Shown here: positions 1 to 9,745 of the stretch, piece after piece
Position numbering within the stretch: the stretch's first letter is position 1
Layout of the letters: the number at the start of each line of letters is the position of its first letter
IMG/VR virus record: IMGVR_UViG_3300030419_006726
Location: 90,916 to 154,915 of that record
Source: a virus
Strand: one strand, 5' to 3'
Length of the DNA: 64,000 nt
Program-made: the position numbers and the translations under genes
Notes under the pieces: model-generated
The model's database searches: none
What the model saw: only the letters and a program-made list of their open reading frames with translations
What the model was told of the DNA's origin: nothing

Positions 1-1356
1 CAACAAGACCTTTCTGATGATGAGCTGTTGGATGGGGGAGTGCCAAATCCGCAGAACTGGCAAGCCGCAGAAAATGAGGCCGGCGCCAACCCGCCCGCCG
101 GCGTCAATGAGGACTATGATGGCGACATATCGTCGGGATCCAGTCCGGCTGAGAACACCCTTAGAGTACCCTTCGGCCCAGGCACTGAAGAATCCATCAA
201 TTATCCATCCGGAACCATTCGACCATTTTTGATCAAAGGCGCTTATCCTGGCAACTTGTACAAGTTCAAAAATATGAGCGATATTGACTTGAGGGTCCGC
301 GAATATGGCGATGTAATAACTGGCAGCTATCCGGTTACGGCCAGAATATCAAGAAAGTTTTTCGATGGAGTGGAGGAGTATAACGCGACAGCTTCAAAAC
401 CAGACGAAGAATATAGAAGACGTGAAATTAGGGCGCTCAAAAATACGATGAATAGCTATAGCACTCTAAGCAAGCATTATTGCTATATATACCCACCAGA
501 TTTGGAGTATAAACGTTACGACAATGATGACGGAGGCCAAGGGGACAACAATAACAGTTTTCCCTCAACAGTGGATTATGAAGTTTATGGCTGGGATAAG
601 GAACAGCAAGCGATTAATTTAATAAGCATTCCTTCAATCTTTTACGGCTCATCAATCCAAAAAGGGTCAGTCAGTTTAAAATACTATATAACCGGTTCAT
701 TGATTGGAGAGTTGCGTGATGAAAATAAAAATGGAGAGTTAATCCAAGTCGGCCCAACGGGCAGTTTAAGCTCTGGATCTACAGCTGGTGTTGTTCTTTA
801 CAACGAAGGTTTCATATTACTAACAGGTAGTTGGGGACTGGGTGCAAGCTCTAATGGATCTATAACCCAAAAGAAAGTAAAGTTTGGAAGTACTGCAGTC
901 GACAATTCTTGGCTATATTTTGGATATGGCGCAAATGATGGCAATTCTTTTTCGCCAGATGAACATGATGATGGTGCTAACACTACAGATCCAGTATCTG
1001 CAAGTTTTGACATTTCTTTTAACGGAACAACTTATGTTCCCACCATGACAATGTTCGCTCATGCCCCCAAGTCAAAATTAAATACATCGACAAATCCAAC
1101 ATTTGTAAAAGCAGGCCAAAATATTGAGCCGCTAATTCGTAAAATCAGGTATAACGAGAAGCAAAATCTAAAAATCAAAAACACGATATCCTCATCCTTC
1201 GCAGATCCTACTGGAAGTTTTGCAAAGCAAACGTTTATTACCAAGATCGGAGTTTACGATGAGAATAAGAATCTTATAGGTATTGCGTCTGTTGCGAATC
1301 CTGTTAAAAAATTAGAAGATTTAGCGTATACTTTTAAGATAAAGTTGGACGTATGA
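1..1356 (+). CDS. Virion structural protein (tail/baseplate-associated), 5'-truncated by the window edge
   Basis: Frame is open from base 1. C-terminal ITKIGVYDENKNLIGIASVANPVKK resembles the tail-collar/baseplate 'ITxIGLYD' domain of large myophages. Confidence 0.6.
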   Translation, partial: QQDLSDDELLDGGVPNPQNWQAAENEAGANPPAGVNEDYDGDISSGSSPAENTLRVPFGPGTEESINYPSGTIRPFLIKGAYPGNLYKFKNMSDIDLRVREYGDVITGSYPVTARISRKFFDGVEEYNATASKPDEEYRRREIRALKNTMNSYSTLSKHYCYIYPPDLEYKRYDNDDGGQGDNNNSFPSTVDYEVYGWDKEQQAINLISIPSIFYGSSIQKGSVSLKYYITGSLIGELRDENKNGELIQVGPTGSLSSGSTAGVVLYNEGFILLTGSWGLGASSNGSITQKKVKFGSTAVDNSWLYFGYGANDGNSFSPDEHDDGANTTDPVSASFDISFNGTTYVPTMTMFAHAPKSKLNTSTNPTFVKAGQNIEPLIRKIRYNEKQNLKIKNTISSSFADPTGSFAKQTFITKIGVYDENKNLIGIASVANPVKKLEDLAYTFKIKLDV

Positions 1357-1905
1357 ATGATTTTAGGATTAGATGTATCAACCAGTATAACTGGTGCAAC
1401 GCTGCTGGATGACAGTGGCAATATTGTTTTTAACGAGGCGTGGGATACAAGAAAGTTTAAAGATTTTTTTGACAAAGCGGAATTTATAAAGGAGAGAATA
1501 AAACATGTTTATGGAAATTATGGCAATCACCACGGTAGCGTTGACAATATCAGCGTTAGGCATATATTTATCGAACAGTCGCTCCAATCTTTTAGAAGCG
1601 GCTTTTCTTCGGCAAAAACACTTTCTACATTATCGCGGTTCAATGGGGTCGTTTCCTGGGTATGTTTCAACTACTTCAGAATCAAGCCAGAATATGTCGC
1701 CGCCACCACAGCAAGAAAGTTGTGTGGTATTAAAGTTCCCCGAGGGAACAAAGCTAAAGATGTAGTTTTGCAGCATGTGATTGACACAGAGTCATCATTT
1801 GTTTTCGAAAAAACAAGACATGGGAATCCAAAACCGGACACATTTGATCGTGCAGATTCGTTAATTATAGCAAAAGCTGGCTATATATTATGCAAGGCAA
1901 AATAG
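1357..1905 (+). CDS. ruvC: RuvC-like Holliday junction resolvase
   Basis: MILGLDVSTSITG (first catalytic D), IFIEQ (E) and DRADSL (D..D) match the RuvC/RNase H-fold motifs. Confidence 0.8.
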   Translation: MILGLDVSTSITGATLLDDSGNIVFNEAWDTRKFKDFFDKAEFIKERIKHVYGNYGNHHGSVDNISVRHIFIEQSLQSFRSGFSSAKTLSTLSRFNGVVSWVCFNYFRIKPEYVAATTARKLCGIKVPRGNKAKDVVLQHVIDTESSFVFEKTRHGNPKPDTFDRADSLIIAKAGYILCKAK

Positions 1906-1907
1906 TA

Positions 1908-1915
1908 ACTATTTA
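1908..1915 (+). promoter_or_regulatory. Putative phage late promoter ACTATTTA
   Basis: Instance of the recurrent ACTAHTTA motif, immediately upstream of the AGGAGG RBS and the gene at 1928. Confidence 0.6.
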
Positions 1916-1927
1916 TATTAGGAGGTT

Positions 1928-3121
1928 ATGATGAAACTTATAATGGAGAATTGGCGCAAGTTCGTCGCAGAGACCGAGCGAACTAAAAACTACGGTGACT
2001 TATATCTTTTTGAAAACGATTCAATTCAAAAAGTTTCTTTTTATGACAGATTCACCTCTCTCAGAGAAAGTGATGAAGATTTCGAGATTTTTCTTGAGCA
2101 ATGGGAAAAATCTGTTGATTATATTTTCAATAATCTCTCAGAACAAGAAGAAAGTAACGATGCGATTTTAAGAGCAAGTACTCAGGCATATATGCTTCTT
2201 CAAAGAGGTGGAGCAGCAGTGGGCAAGGTAATGAATTTTGCCAAAAAATTAAAAGATAAAGGCGCTTTAGGTAAAGTAGGCGATGTAGTTTTAACAGGAT
2301 TAATAGCAGCTGCAGGTGCTGTAACAATTAATTCGTTAATGCAACAGGGAGTGGACGCGTCTGAATTTCAACAGGCTGTAGCACAAGTCGCTGATGCAGC
2401 ATCAGCGGTAGATCCAAACGTTGCACAAGCAGTAGAACAAGTAGCTCAAAATCCAGAAGCAGCGCTTGAAGTGATGCCACAGCTTGATCAAGCAGTGGAA
2501 CAGTCCGCGCAACAGCTAAGTCAAGTTGACAATGAAGCTGTACAGCAAATGGCGCAAGAAGCAGAAAAAGTTTCACAACAAATTCCTGAAAAGGATGAAT
2601 TTGCGTCGATGTTCGAAGACGCATTGCGTCAAGATAGAGTGCAATCAGACACAGGCGAGACTGGGATTACAAACATTGAACAATCAGAACAAATAGATTA
2701 TTGGGATTACAGTGATGAAGATTTTCAACAAGAGGGCTGGCGCGACAAAGTAAATGATATATTTGATAAAATATTTGGGCGTGGTCACTCGAAAGGGAGA
2801 GGTTTCCCAATCGGCGACCCGGAGGCGTGGAGAGAAACTTTTGAAATTCTTGACAACACAAGAGGTGGAGAACATGGGGCATGGCTCCAGGGAGCCGAGG
2901 GTGATATGAGCCGATCAGAATTTAAAGAACTTATAAGTGCTTTAGATCAACAAGGGGTGGATAAGAAAGTTTTAAGAACACTTAATAGAGTATACCGTCA
3001 AGGTAAAATGCAGGCTTTCGTAGGTAAGCTAGAAGATACTATACTAAAACTTGCCGACTACGATGACGTTGCAGATATTAGAAACTGGAAAGCCCCAGCC
3101 CCCGAACAAATGCCATTTTAA
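1928..3121 (+). CDS. Hypothetical protein with N-terminal MMKLIMENWRKFVAE tag; possible internal virion protein
   Basis: Tag shared with 55690, 62745 and 63260. Contains a hydrophobic segment and a Q/A-rich helical region. Confidence 0.55.
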   Translation: MMKLIMENWRKFVAETERTKNYGDLYLFENDSIQKVSFYDRFTSLRESDEDFEIFLEQWEKSVDYIFNNLSEQEESNDAILRASTQAYMLLQRGGAAVGKVMNFAKKLKDKGALGKVGDVVLTGLIAAAGAVTINSLMQQGVDASEFQQAVAQVADAASAVDPNVAQAVEQVAQNPEAALEVMPQLDQAVEQSAQQLSQVDNEAVQQMAQEAEKVSQQIPEKDEFASMFEDALRQDRVQSDTGETGITNIEQSEQIDYWDYSDEDFQQEGWRDKVNDIFDKIFGRGHSKGRGFPIGDPEAWRETFEILDNTRGGEHGAWLQGAEGDMSRSEFKELISALDQQGVDKKVLRTLNRVYRQGKMQAFVGKLEDTILKLADYDDVADIRNWKAPAPEQMPF

Positions 3122-3156
3122 TTTGTTTGATAATTTGAAAATACCTGTGAAAACAC

Positions 3157-3185
3157 TTGCCAATCATTTGCAAATGATATATACT
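3157..3185 (+). promoter_or_regulatory. Sigma70-type promoter of primase, with a 16-bp palindrome in the spacer
   Basis: TTGCCA(3157-3162)-17 nt-TATACT(3180-3185); ATCATTTGCAAATGAT at 3163-3178. Confidence 0.7.
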
Positions 3186-3192
3186 GTAAGTG

Positions 3193-4125
3193 ATGCAAGA
3201 AAAGCTCCAAATTTTAACTGATGTTCTCGGACGATTTAAAAAGTCAAACGATGAACACCTTTTTCGTTGTCCGTATTGCGAACATTCTAAGTACAAATTC
3301 TCCGTCAACATTGACAAGAATGTATACAAGTGTTGGATTTGTGATGCGAGAGGTCGTCATTTAAGGCGAGTCGTCCGACGTTTTGGAACATTCAAGCAGC
3401 GCCAAGCTTGGGATCAACTGACAGATGAAGTTGATTTAACTTCGTTTGATTCTATTTTTGATCCTGCAATTGAATTAGAGACCGAACAAACGGTTGATTT
3501 GCCAAGTGAATTTATATCATTGGCAAATAAAAATCTTCCGATTACGTCAAAGCCGGCCATGAAATATCTCAGAGACCGCGGCGTAACAAGGTCTGATATT
3601 CTTAAATGGAAAATTGGATATTGCTCATCGGGCCAATATGAAAATAGAATAATTGTACCATCATTTAGAGACGATGGATATGCAAACTACTTTGTCGCGA
3701 GAACATATTCAAAACATTGGAAGCGATATTTGAATCCACCGGCTAGCAATAATGTTGTATTCAACGAGCTTTATATTGATTGGAATAGTGATCTTTGTAT
3801 TGTTGAGGGAGTTTTTGATGCTATTGTTGCCGGCAATGCTGTGCCCCTTTTGGGCTCTTCTTTGCGTGAAAATTCAAAACTTGTTCAGCAAATTGTAAAG
3901 CACGACACGCCAGTTTATCTTGCCCTAGATCCTGACGCAAAGGCCAAAGAGCAGAAGATTGCAAAGATGTTTATGCAATATGATATTGAGCTATACAAGG
4001 TTGATGTTTCTGGTTTTGATGATGTTGGCGAGATGACAAAAGAAGAATTTAAAAATTGTAAACGAAATGCTGCATTTATAAAAATGGATAACTATTTATT
4101 ATACGAAGCGCTTAATGCCATATGA
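3193..4125 (+). CDS. DNA primase (T4 gp61/DnaG-like)
   Basis: Zn finger CPYC...CWIC; TOPRIM motifs IVEGVFDA and ALDPDA. Start is ATG 3193 or GTG 3190. Confidence 0.88.
   Translation: MQEKLQILTDVLGRFKKSNDEHLFRCPYCEHSKYKFSVNIDKNVYKCWICDARGRHLRRVVRRFGTFKQRQAWDQLTDEVDLTSFDSIFDPAIELETEQTVDLPSEFISLANKNLPITSKPAMKYLRDRGVTRSDILKWKIGYCSSGQYENRIIVPSFRDDGYANYFVARTYSKHWKRYLNPPASNNVVFNELYIDWNSDLCIVEGVFDAIVAGNAVPLLGSSLRENSKLVQQIVKHDTPVYLALDPDAKAKEQKIAKMFMQYDIELYKVDVSGFDDVGEMTKEEFKNCKRNAAFIKMDNYLLYEALNAI
4091..4098 (+). promoter_or_regulatory. Putative late promoter ACTATTTA
   Basis: Motif in the 3' end of primase, upstream of the tagged gene at 4135. Confidence 0.55.
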
Positions 4126-4134
4126 GGAAACATT

Positions 4135-4470
4135 ATGAAAATTACAAAATCTAAACTACGTCAAATTATTATGGAGGAGCTTGAAGGAGAAGATCCAGCA
4201 CCTGAGCCCGTTGCAGATGCGCCGGCAGCTGTCTCCCATAGTGCCCCCGAAACTTCAATGGCTGCGGGCATGCCAGCAGTTACCGCCGGCGATTTTGAAG
4301 GAATGGCCCATGCCGCAATTGCAGCAATTGTGCAATTGGCATCCGAAGCCGGCGTTGATTTGGATATTTCATCTGGCCAGCCTCCAGTTGAGCCAGAACC
4401 CCCCATGCAAGAGGGCGATATCTCATTGGACGAACTAAAGAAGCTAATTAAGTCTGAGCTTTTAGGGTAG
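4135..4470 (+). CDS. Acidic hypothetical protein with MKITKSKLRQIIMEEL tag
   Basis: N-terminal tag, plus a second copy-like segment ISLDELKKLIKSEL at the C-terminus. Confidence 0.65.
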   Translation: MKITKSKLRQIIMEELEGEDPAPEPVADAPAAVSHSAPETSMAAGMPAVTAGDFEGMAHAAIAAIVQLASEAGVDLDISSGQPPVEPEPPMQEGDISLDELKKLIKSELLG

Positions 4471-4476
4471 TTCAAG

Positions 4477-5061
4477 ATGGACAAGACATTACTTGAATTC
4501 ATCAGAAAAGAAATAAGCACAGTTAAGAAAGCTAAAACATTTTTGTTGGAATCGCCTGGGCAACAAGGCGCCATGGCACAGCCTGGAATGGAAGATTTGG
4601 CGGATAGTATTCAGTCGATGGTGAAGGGTTTATCGCTTGAGGAGGTTTCTGAATTATTTTCTGTAGTTTTCAGCGGGCTTGAAGGTGGTGCTGAACAAAT
4701 GAAGAGTTATGAAGAGCCAGATCAAAGTCCTGAGCCAGAGACTCTTTATGTCCCAGGCGCGGAAGGCAGACCTCAGATGGGTTTCCGCGAAGAGTTGATC
4801 AGAACAATAAAAGAAGTTTTAGAAGAGGGTTTGGACGATTACCACGATTTTATGGATCCAGTTTCGATGGTTACTGGAGATAGTGGCCCAGCTTCGATGG
4901 GTGATGAAGAGTTAAATGAACTAGAAGGAGCTAGAGAGTTTGCAGATGTGTTTCATGAAAAATATAATGATCATCAAGATCCTGCGCTTGGTTCCGCATC
5001 CGATGCAGCTTATGAAATGAGCTTATCTTTGGAGCAGTTTTTCTCTGGCACTAAGTCATAA
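4477..5061 (+). CDS. Acidic hypothetical protein with degenerate tag (LLEFIRKEI; ELIRTIKEVLEE)
   Basis: ORF follows the tagged gene at 4135 directly; acidic composition. Confidence 0.6.
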   Translation: MDKTLLEFIRKEISTVKKAKTFLLESPGQQGAMAQPGMEDLADSIQSMVKGLSLEEVSELFSVVFSGLEGGAEQMKSYEEPDQSPEPETLYVPGAEGRPQMGFREELIRTIKEVLEEGLDDYHDFMDPVSMVTGDSGPASMGDEELNELEGAREFADVFHEKYNDHQDPALGSASDAAYEMSLSLEQFFSGTKS

Positions 5062-5066
5062 ATTCC

Positions 5067-5095
5067 TTGATAAGTTATCAATAGTATGTTATATT
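5067..5095 (+). promoter_or_regulatory. Sigma70-type promoter of the SbcD-SbcC gene, with a 7-1-7 inverted repeat over the -35 box
   Basis: TTGATA(5067-5072)-17 nt-TATATT(5090-5095) with extended TG; TTGATAA-G-TTATCAA at 5067-5081. Confidence 0.7.
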
Positions 5096-5126
5096 AAATA
5101 GGTACACTTATGTTTAGGGAGGACGT

Positions 5127-8100
5127 GTGCCTAAATTTGCTCACATTGCTGATACTCATATCAAGAACCTGAAGTATCATTACGAATATCGGATTGTTTT
5201 CGATCAACTTTACGAAAAACTAAAAGAAGAACAAGTTGATTACATCATTCATTGCGGAGATATTGCACACACAAAGACGCAAATCTCACCAGAGTTTGTA
5301 GAGTTATGTACTGACTTCTTTCGCAATCTCGGAGATATCGCTCCAACGCATATTGTACTTGGCAACCATGATGGCAATTTGCGTAATTCAAGCCGCCAGG
5401 ACGCGCTTACACCAATTGCAGATGCACTGCAGCACCCCAACATTTTTCTTCATAAAAACTCTGGAGAAGTAAAACTTGATGATAATTACTGTTTGAACGT
5501 GTTGTCGGTTTTCGATGAAGAGAACTGGATCCAACCCAGTGACCCAAGTGCAATCAATATTGCTCTTTATCATGGATCCATTTCTGGGGTAAAGACTGAT
5601 ACCGGCTGGATAATGGAGAGTGGCGAGCATGATATCAGCATTTTTAATAATCATGATTTTGGTTTTCTTGGGGATATACACAAGACCAACCAAGCCCTAG
5701 ATTCAGAAGGTCGAATCAGATACCCAGGCAGCACGATTCAACAGAATCACGGCGAGACAAATGACAAGGGATTGTTGCTTTGGGATATTAAAGATAAAGA
5801 TAATTTTACTTGTGAACATGTTGCTTTTAAAAACCCAAAGCCGTTCATCACGATTGAGCTGACAACAAAGGGTCGAATCCCCAAGCGAAAAACAATCCCA
5901 TCAGGCGCCCGCTTGCGACTTGTCAGTAATAACAATTTGCCGCTCGATGTTATGAAGAAGGCGGTCAACACTGCAAAGTATCGATTCAAACCAGAAAGCA
6001 TATCTTTTCTTAATCGTGCCGCTGGACAAAGAGGCAATGTTGAAGAATTGACAACAAACTTGTTTCAGGAAGATCTTCGCGATCTTGTTGTGCAGCAAGA
6101 GTTTATCGAAGAGTATCTAAAAGACTATGAAGTAGAGAGCGACTTACTTGAAAGAGTAATCAGGCTCAATGAGAAGTATAATAAGATTGCCGAAGAGAAT
6201 GAGGAAGTTTCAAGAAATATTAACTGGAAATTGAAAAGTTTTGAGTGGGATAACTTATTCAACTATGGGGAGGGAAACAAGATAGACTTTTCTAAGCTTA
6301 ATGGTATAGTTGGAATATTTGGAAAGAATTATTCCGGAAAGAGCAGCGTAATCGATGGCATGCTTTATACGATGTTTAATTCCACATCTAAGAAGGAGAG
6401 GAAGAATCTAAACGTCATTAATCAAAATCAGGAATCTGCAACCGGAAAAGTCGAGATAGAAGTTGGAAACAAAACATATGTTATTGAGAGAAGTTCTGAA
6501 AAATATATTAAACGATTGAAAGGAGAAGAGACTTTAGAAGCCAAGACTGACCTTGAGTTCCACTCGGTTGATAAAGTTATGGATCAAAACATTAGCGAGA
6601 ATGGTCTAACAAGAAACGATACAGATAAGAATATTCGGAAGAAGTTCGGAACGCTCGATGACTTTCTTTTGACAGCGATGTCCTCGCAACTTGACTCCCT
6701 ATCTTTTGTCAAAGAAGGGTCAACAAAGCGTAAGGAAATTCTTGCAAAGTTTCTGGACCTAGAGATTTTTGAAAAGAAGTTCAAGCTCGCAAAAGAGGAT
6801 ACAGTCAATATCAAGGGCGCTCTACGTCGACTTGAGGGCAAAGAGTTTGATGAAGATATTTCTATAGCAAAAGAGCAGCTTGAAGAAAACGAAGAAGTTC
6901 TAAAGACACAGAAGCACAAGTGCGAAAGTATTCAAACTGAAATTGCACTATTGAACTCAGAATTGGCGACGATAACCAATAAAATTGAATCAATTCCAAC
7001 AGAGATTATTGATGTCGTTAAAGTGCAAAATAATATTCGATCTAAAAAGAATCAAGTAATTTCCTTACTTTCTCAGAACGATGAATATAAGATTCAGCGA
7101 AAAGACAAAGAAACATTGTATCAGAAAATTTCTGAGTTTCTTGACGTGTTTGATGTTGAGAGCGTCAATAAGAAAAAGGAAACAATCGATCACTTGGTTG
7201 AAACAATTTCAGATCTAGAAGGCAATCTGTCTCTCAAGCAGGAGGAGCTTAATAGAAATCAAAAGAAGTGCCAACTCCTTGACGGAATTCCCTGCGGTAG
7301 CTCCTTTCCTTCTTGCAAGTTTATTAAGGATGCACACGTTGCAACAGCAATGCTTCCAGTCAACTTGGATGAGATATCTTCCCTGGAAGAGAAGACGACA
7401 ATTTTTCAAGAAGAACTTGAGAACATGAATCCGCAGAAGATCAATGATCATTTGCGGAAATACGAACAGTTGCTGTCGAGAAAGACAGAAGTAACCAGCA
7501 ATATTGCAGACTTGAATTTGAAAATTGAAAGAAACTCATCTGTTGTCGAGAGGACAAAAAATGACCTTGAAAAGCTACAAGAGACGCTAGCACAATATGA
7601 AGAAAACAAGGAAGCAATTGAAAATCTTGAAGAACTAACACGTCAGCAAGTCGTCTTGACAAAGACGATCAGACGCGAGACCACATCCTTCAAAAAGTGT
7701 GAAAATAAGATTATGCAACTTTACAAGGATAACGGATCTCTAGAACAAAAACTTGAGCACCTTATCGAGCAAAAAAACGAACTTCAAGATTTAAGAGAGG
7801 AGTATTCTGCCTATGATCTCTATATGCGCTGCATGCACTCAAACGGAATCGCTTATGATATTATCAAGAAGAAGCTTCCGGTAATCAATGAAGAGGTCGC
7901 AAAAGTTCTTGCAAACATCGTTGACTTCGAAGTTTTCTTTGACGATGATGGAAAGCGCTTAAACATTTTCATTAAGCATCCAAATCACGATGCCCGTCCG
8001 CTTGAAATGGGTTCGGGCGCCGAAAAAACAATTGCGGCCATGGCCATCCGGCTTGCATTGCTTTCTGTTTCGAATCTTCCAAAGGGCGATATTTTTATTC

Positions 8101-8282
8101 TGGATGAGCCTGGAACTGCTCTAGATCCAGAAAACCTTCAAGGCTTTGTTAGCATCTTGGACATTATTAAATCGTATTTCAATACAGTTTTGTTGATCTC
8201 GCATATGGATGCGCTCAAGGATATTGTTGACATGACCATTGATATTGAGAGAAAAAACGGGTATGCTTTTGTGAATCAATAA
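5127..8282 (+). CDS. Fused Mre11/SbcD nuclease - Rad50/SbcC ATPase (T4 gp47-gp46 equivalent)
   Basis: Phosphoesterase motifs DTH, GDIAH, GNHD and GDIH; Walker A GKNYSGKS; long coiled coil; signature GSGAEK; Walker B FILDEP; H-loop ISH. Confidence 0.9.
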   Translation: MPKFAHIADTHIKNLKYHYEYRIVFDQLYEKLKEEQVDYIIHCGDIAHTKTQISPEFVELCTDFFRNLGDIAPTHIVLGNHDGNLRNSSRQDALTPIADALQHPNIFLHKNSGEVKLDDNYCLNVLSVFDEENWIQPSDPSAINIALYHGSISGVKTDTGWIMESGEHDISIFNNHDFGFLGDIHKTNQALDSEGRIRYPGSTIQQNHGETNDKGLLLWDIKDKDNFTCEHVAFKNPKPFITIELTTKGRIPKRKTIPSGARLRLVSNNNLPLDVMKKAVNTAKYRFKPESISFLNRAAGQRGNVEELTTNLFQEDLRDLVVQQEFIEEYLKDYEVESDLLERVIRLNEKYNKIAEENEEVSRNINWKLKSFEWDNLFNYGEGNKIDFSKLNGIVGIFGKNYSGKSSVIDGMLYTMFNSTSKKERKNLNVINQNQESATGKVEIEVGNKTYVIERSSEKYIKRLKGEETLEAKTDLEFHSVDKVMDQNISENGLTRNDTDKNIRKKFGTLDDFLLTAMSSQLDSLSFVKEGSTKRKEILAKFLDLEIFEKKFKLAKEDTVNIKGALRRLEGKEFDEDISIAKEQLEENEEVLKTQKHKCESIQTEIALLNSELATITNKIESIPTEIIDVVKVQNNIRSKKNQVISLLSQNDEYKIQRKDKETLYQKISEFLDVFDVESVNKKKETIDHLVETISDLEGNLSLKQEELNRNQKKCQLLDGIPCGSSFPSCKFIKDAHVATAMLPVNLDEISSLEEKTTIFQEELENMNPQKINDHLRKYEQLLSRKTEVTSNIADLNLKIERNSSVVERTKNDLEKLQETLAQYEENKEAIENLEELTRQQVVLTKTIRRETTSFKKCENKIMQLYKDNGSLEQKLEHLIEQKNELQDLREEYSAYDLYMRCMHSNGIAYDIIKKKLPVINEEVAKVLANIVDFEVFFDDDGKRLNIFIKHPNHDARPLEMGSGAEKTIAAMAIRLALLSVSNLPKGDIFILDEPGTALDPENLQGFVSILDIIKSYFNTVLLISHMDALKDIVDMTIDIERKNGYAFVNQ

Positions 8283-8290
8283 ACTACTTA
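8283..8290 (+). promoter_or_regulatory. Putative late promoter ACTACTTA
   Basis: Motif heads the operon 8308-10602. Confidence 0.55.
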
Positions 8291-8307
8291 TAGGCAGGAG
8301 AAATATT

Positions 8308-8529
8308 ATGTCCAGCCACGAAGAATGTGCCGAATGTGCCCGGCAACCTAGTTTATTAGATAGAATTTTAGAAAGAGCGATATCCCGAAAGTTGTTGGTG
8401 TTCTTGACGGCCACCGGCTTGATGACCTATTCGACCCTCGATTCTGAAACATGGGGCTTAATTGCCGTTGTGTATATCGGTGGTCAATCAGTCGTTGATA
8501 TGATGAAAGCATATCGTCACGGAGGTTAG
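8308..8529 (+). CDS. Small two-TM membrane protein, holin-like
   Basis: SRKLLVFLTATGL...WGLIAVVYIGGQSVVD resembles the SRK..YIGGQ small phage membrane proteins. Confidence 0.5.
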   Translation: MSSHEECAECARQPSLLDRILERAISRKLLVFLTATGLMTYSTLDSETWGLIAVVYIGGQSVVDMMKAYRHGG

Positions 8530-8530
8530 A

Positions 8531-8824
8531 ATGAAAATTACAAAAACACAACTTAAACAGATTATTAAAGAAGAACTCAAAGCTGTCAAAGAAGCGTTCA
8601 CTGATTATGGTGACGACCCTCGCGCTGCTGAGTACCACGCTCAAGAATTAATTGATGCTATGTATCAAGAACAGGCTGGAAATGTTTGGCACTATATTCA
8701 AACTGCCCTTCAGATCTCGCCCGGCGAAGAACAGCGACTGTGGGATATCATCAGAGAAGATGCCCAGGACGATCCCGGGGTTGCTCTGCAGGAAGCTAGC
8801 TCAAAGAATAAGGAGGCTTTATAA
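8531..8824 (+). CDS. Hypothetical protein with MKITKTQLKQIIKEEL tag
   Basis: N-terminal tag; GGAGG RBS. Confidence 0.7.
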   Translation: MKITKTQLKQIIKEELKAVKEAFTDYGDDPRAAEYHAQELIDAMYQEQAGNVWHYIQTALQISPGEEQRLWDIIREDAQDDPGVALQEASSKNKEAL

Positions 8825-9219
8825 TGTTACAGCCAGTTTTAGAATTAATTGGAGGCTTGTTGGTCCAGGCTCATGGTTTGGTTGTCTTAGTTGCGGCATT
8901 TTGTTACGATATCCTTTATTACTTGCACGTAGAGGCACCTAGGTTAGAGGGTTTGTTGGTAGGGGTGTTGTTGGCTTGGCTGCTGCTTCGTAGAGAAAGG
9001 CATCCACTCCTACGCGTTTTGAGCGCACCACTTAAGCTGATTTTAGACATCCTAGATTTAGCTTGGGATCAATTATGCGAAGTAGTTTTGGATCTTTGGG
9101 GCACAGCCACAGGCTGGATCCATTCCGGCGTCTCTTGGTGCAGAGATCGCCTACGCGGCGGCTACGACAGGGTGATGGCCCTATTGGGCAGATTAAAAGA
9201 AAAGGTATCAGGAAAATGA
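8824..9219 (+). CDS. Hypothetical membrane protein
   Basis: Leu-rich hydrophobic segments; translationally coupled to both neighbours. Confidence 0.6.
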   Translation: MLQPVLELIGGLLVQAHGLVVLVAAFCYDILYYLHVEAPRLEGLLVGVLLAWLLLRRERHPLLRVLSAPLKLILDILDLAWDQLCEVVLDLWGTATGWIHSGVSWCRDRLRGGYDRVMALLGRLKEKVSGK

Positions 9220-9470
9220 AAATCACAAAAACACAACTTAAAAGAATTATTAAAGAAGAATTAAAAGAATACGCCACGGCTCAAGAGCCACCAATGGATA
9301 ATCCTGGGCCGCCCCCGGGGCGTTTTGAGAAGCTTTTTGAAAAGGGCGCTCCCGGTGATGTTTTTGCCGAAGCAGTCGCCAGCCAACTGTGGCTAGATGA
9401 AGAAAGCGATTTTGAAGCCGTAGTGAGGGCCCTCAAAGATGGTCTGGAAAGGTGGAAAGAGTATAAATGA
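9216..9470 (+). CDS. Hypothetical protein with MKITKTQLKRIIKEEL tag
   Basis: True start is ATG 9216 (ATGA overlap with the previous stop); N-terminal tag. Confidence 0.7.
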   Translation: MKITKTQLKRIIKEELKEYATAQEPPMDNPGPPPGRFEKLFEKGAPGDVFAEAVASQLWLDEESDFEAVVRALKDGLERWKEYK

Positions 9471-9745
9471 AGATCACCAAATTCCAACTTAAACAGATTA
9501 TTAAAGAAGAGCTACACAAGCTTAAAGAAGGCGGATATGCAGGACACCAGCGGAAGTTTCCCCGCCCCTTTCCTAAGACTGCAAAGTGGTGGTCTCAAGC
9601 ATTCAACACGGTTATTGAAGACGAGATTGGTTTTTCAGAACCTACCCCATACCAAAAAAAAGCTATCTTAGATGGCCTTCGAAGCGTTATGAACGACATG
9701 GATTTTCAAGAGCCTGCTGAGCCTCAAGAGCCCGAACTACCATGA
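9467..9745 (+). CDS. Hypothetical protein with MKITKFQLKQIIKEEL tag
   Basis: ATGA overlap; N-terminal tag. Confidence 0.7.
   Translation: MKITKFQLKQIIKEELHKLKEGGYAGHQRKFPRPFPKTAKWWSQAFNTVIEDEIGFSEPTPYQKKAILDGLRSVMNDMDFQEPAEPQEPELP

Noticed and set aside
5067-5081. Canonical FNR binding site
   Set aside because: The half-site spacing is 5 nt rather than 4; kept only as an unassigned palindrome.
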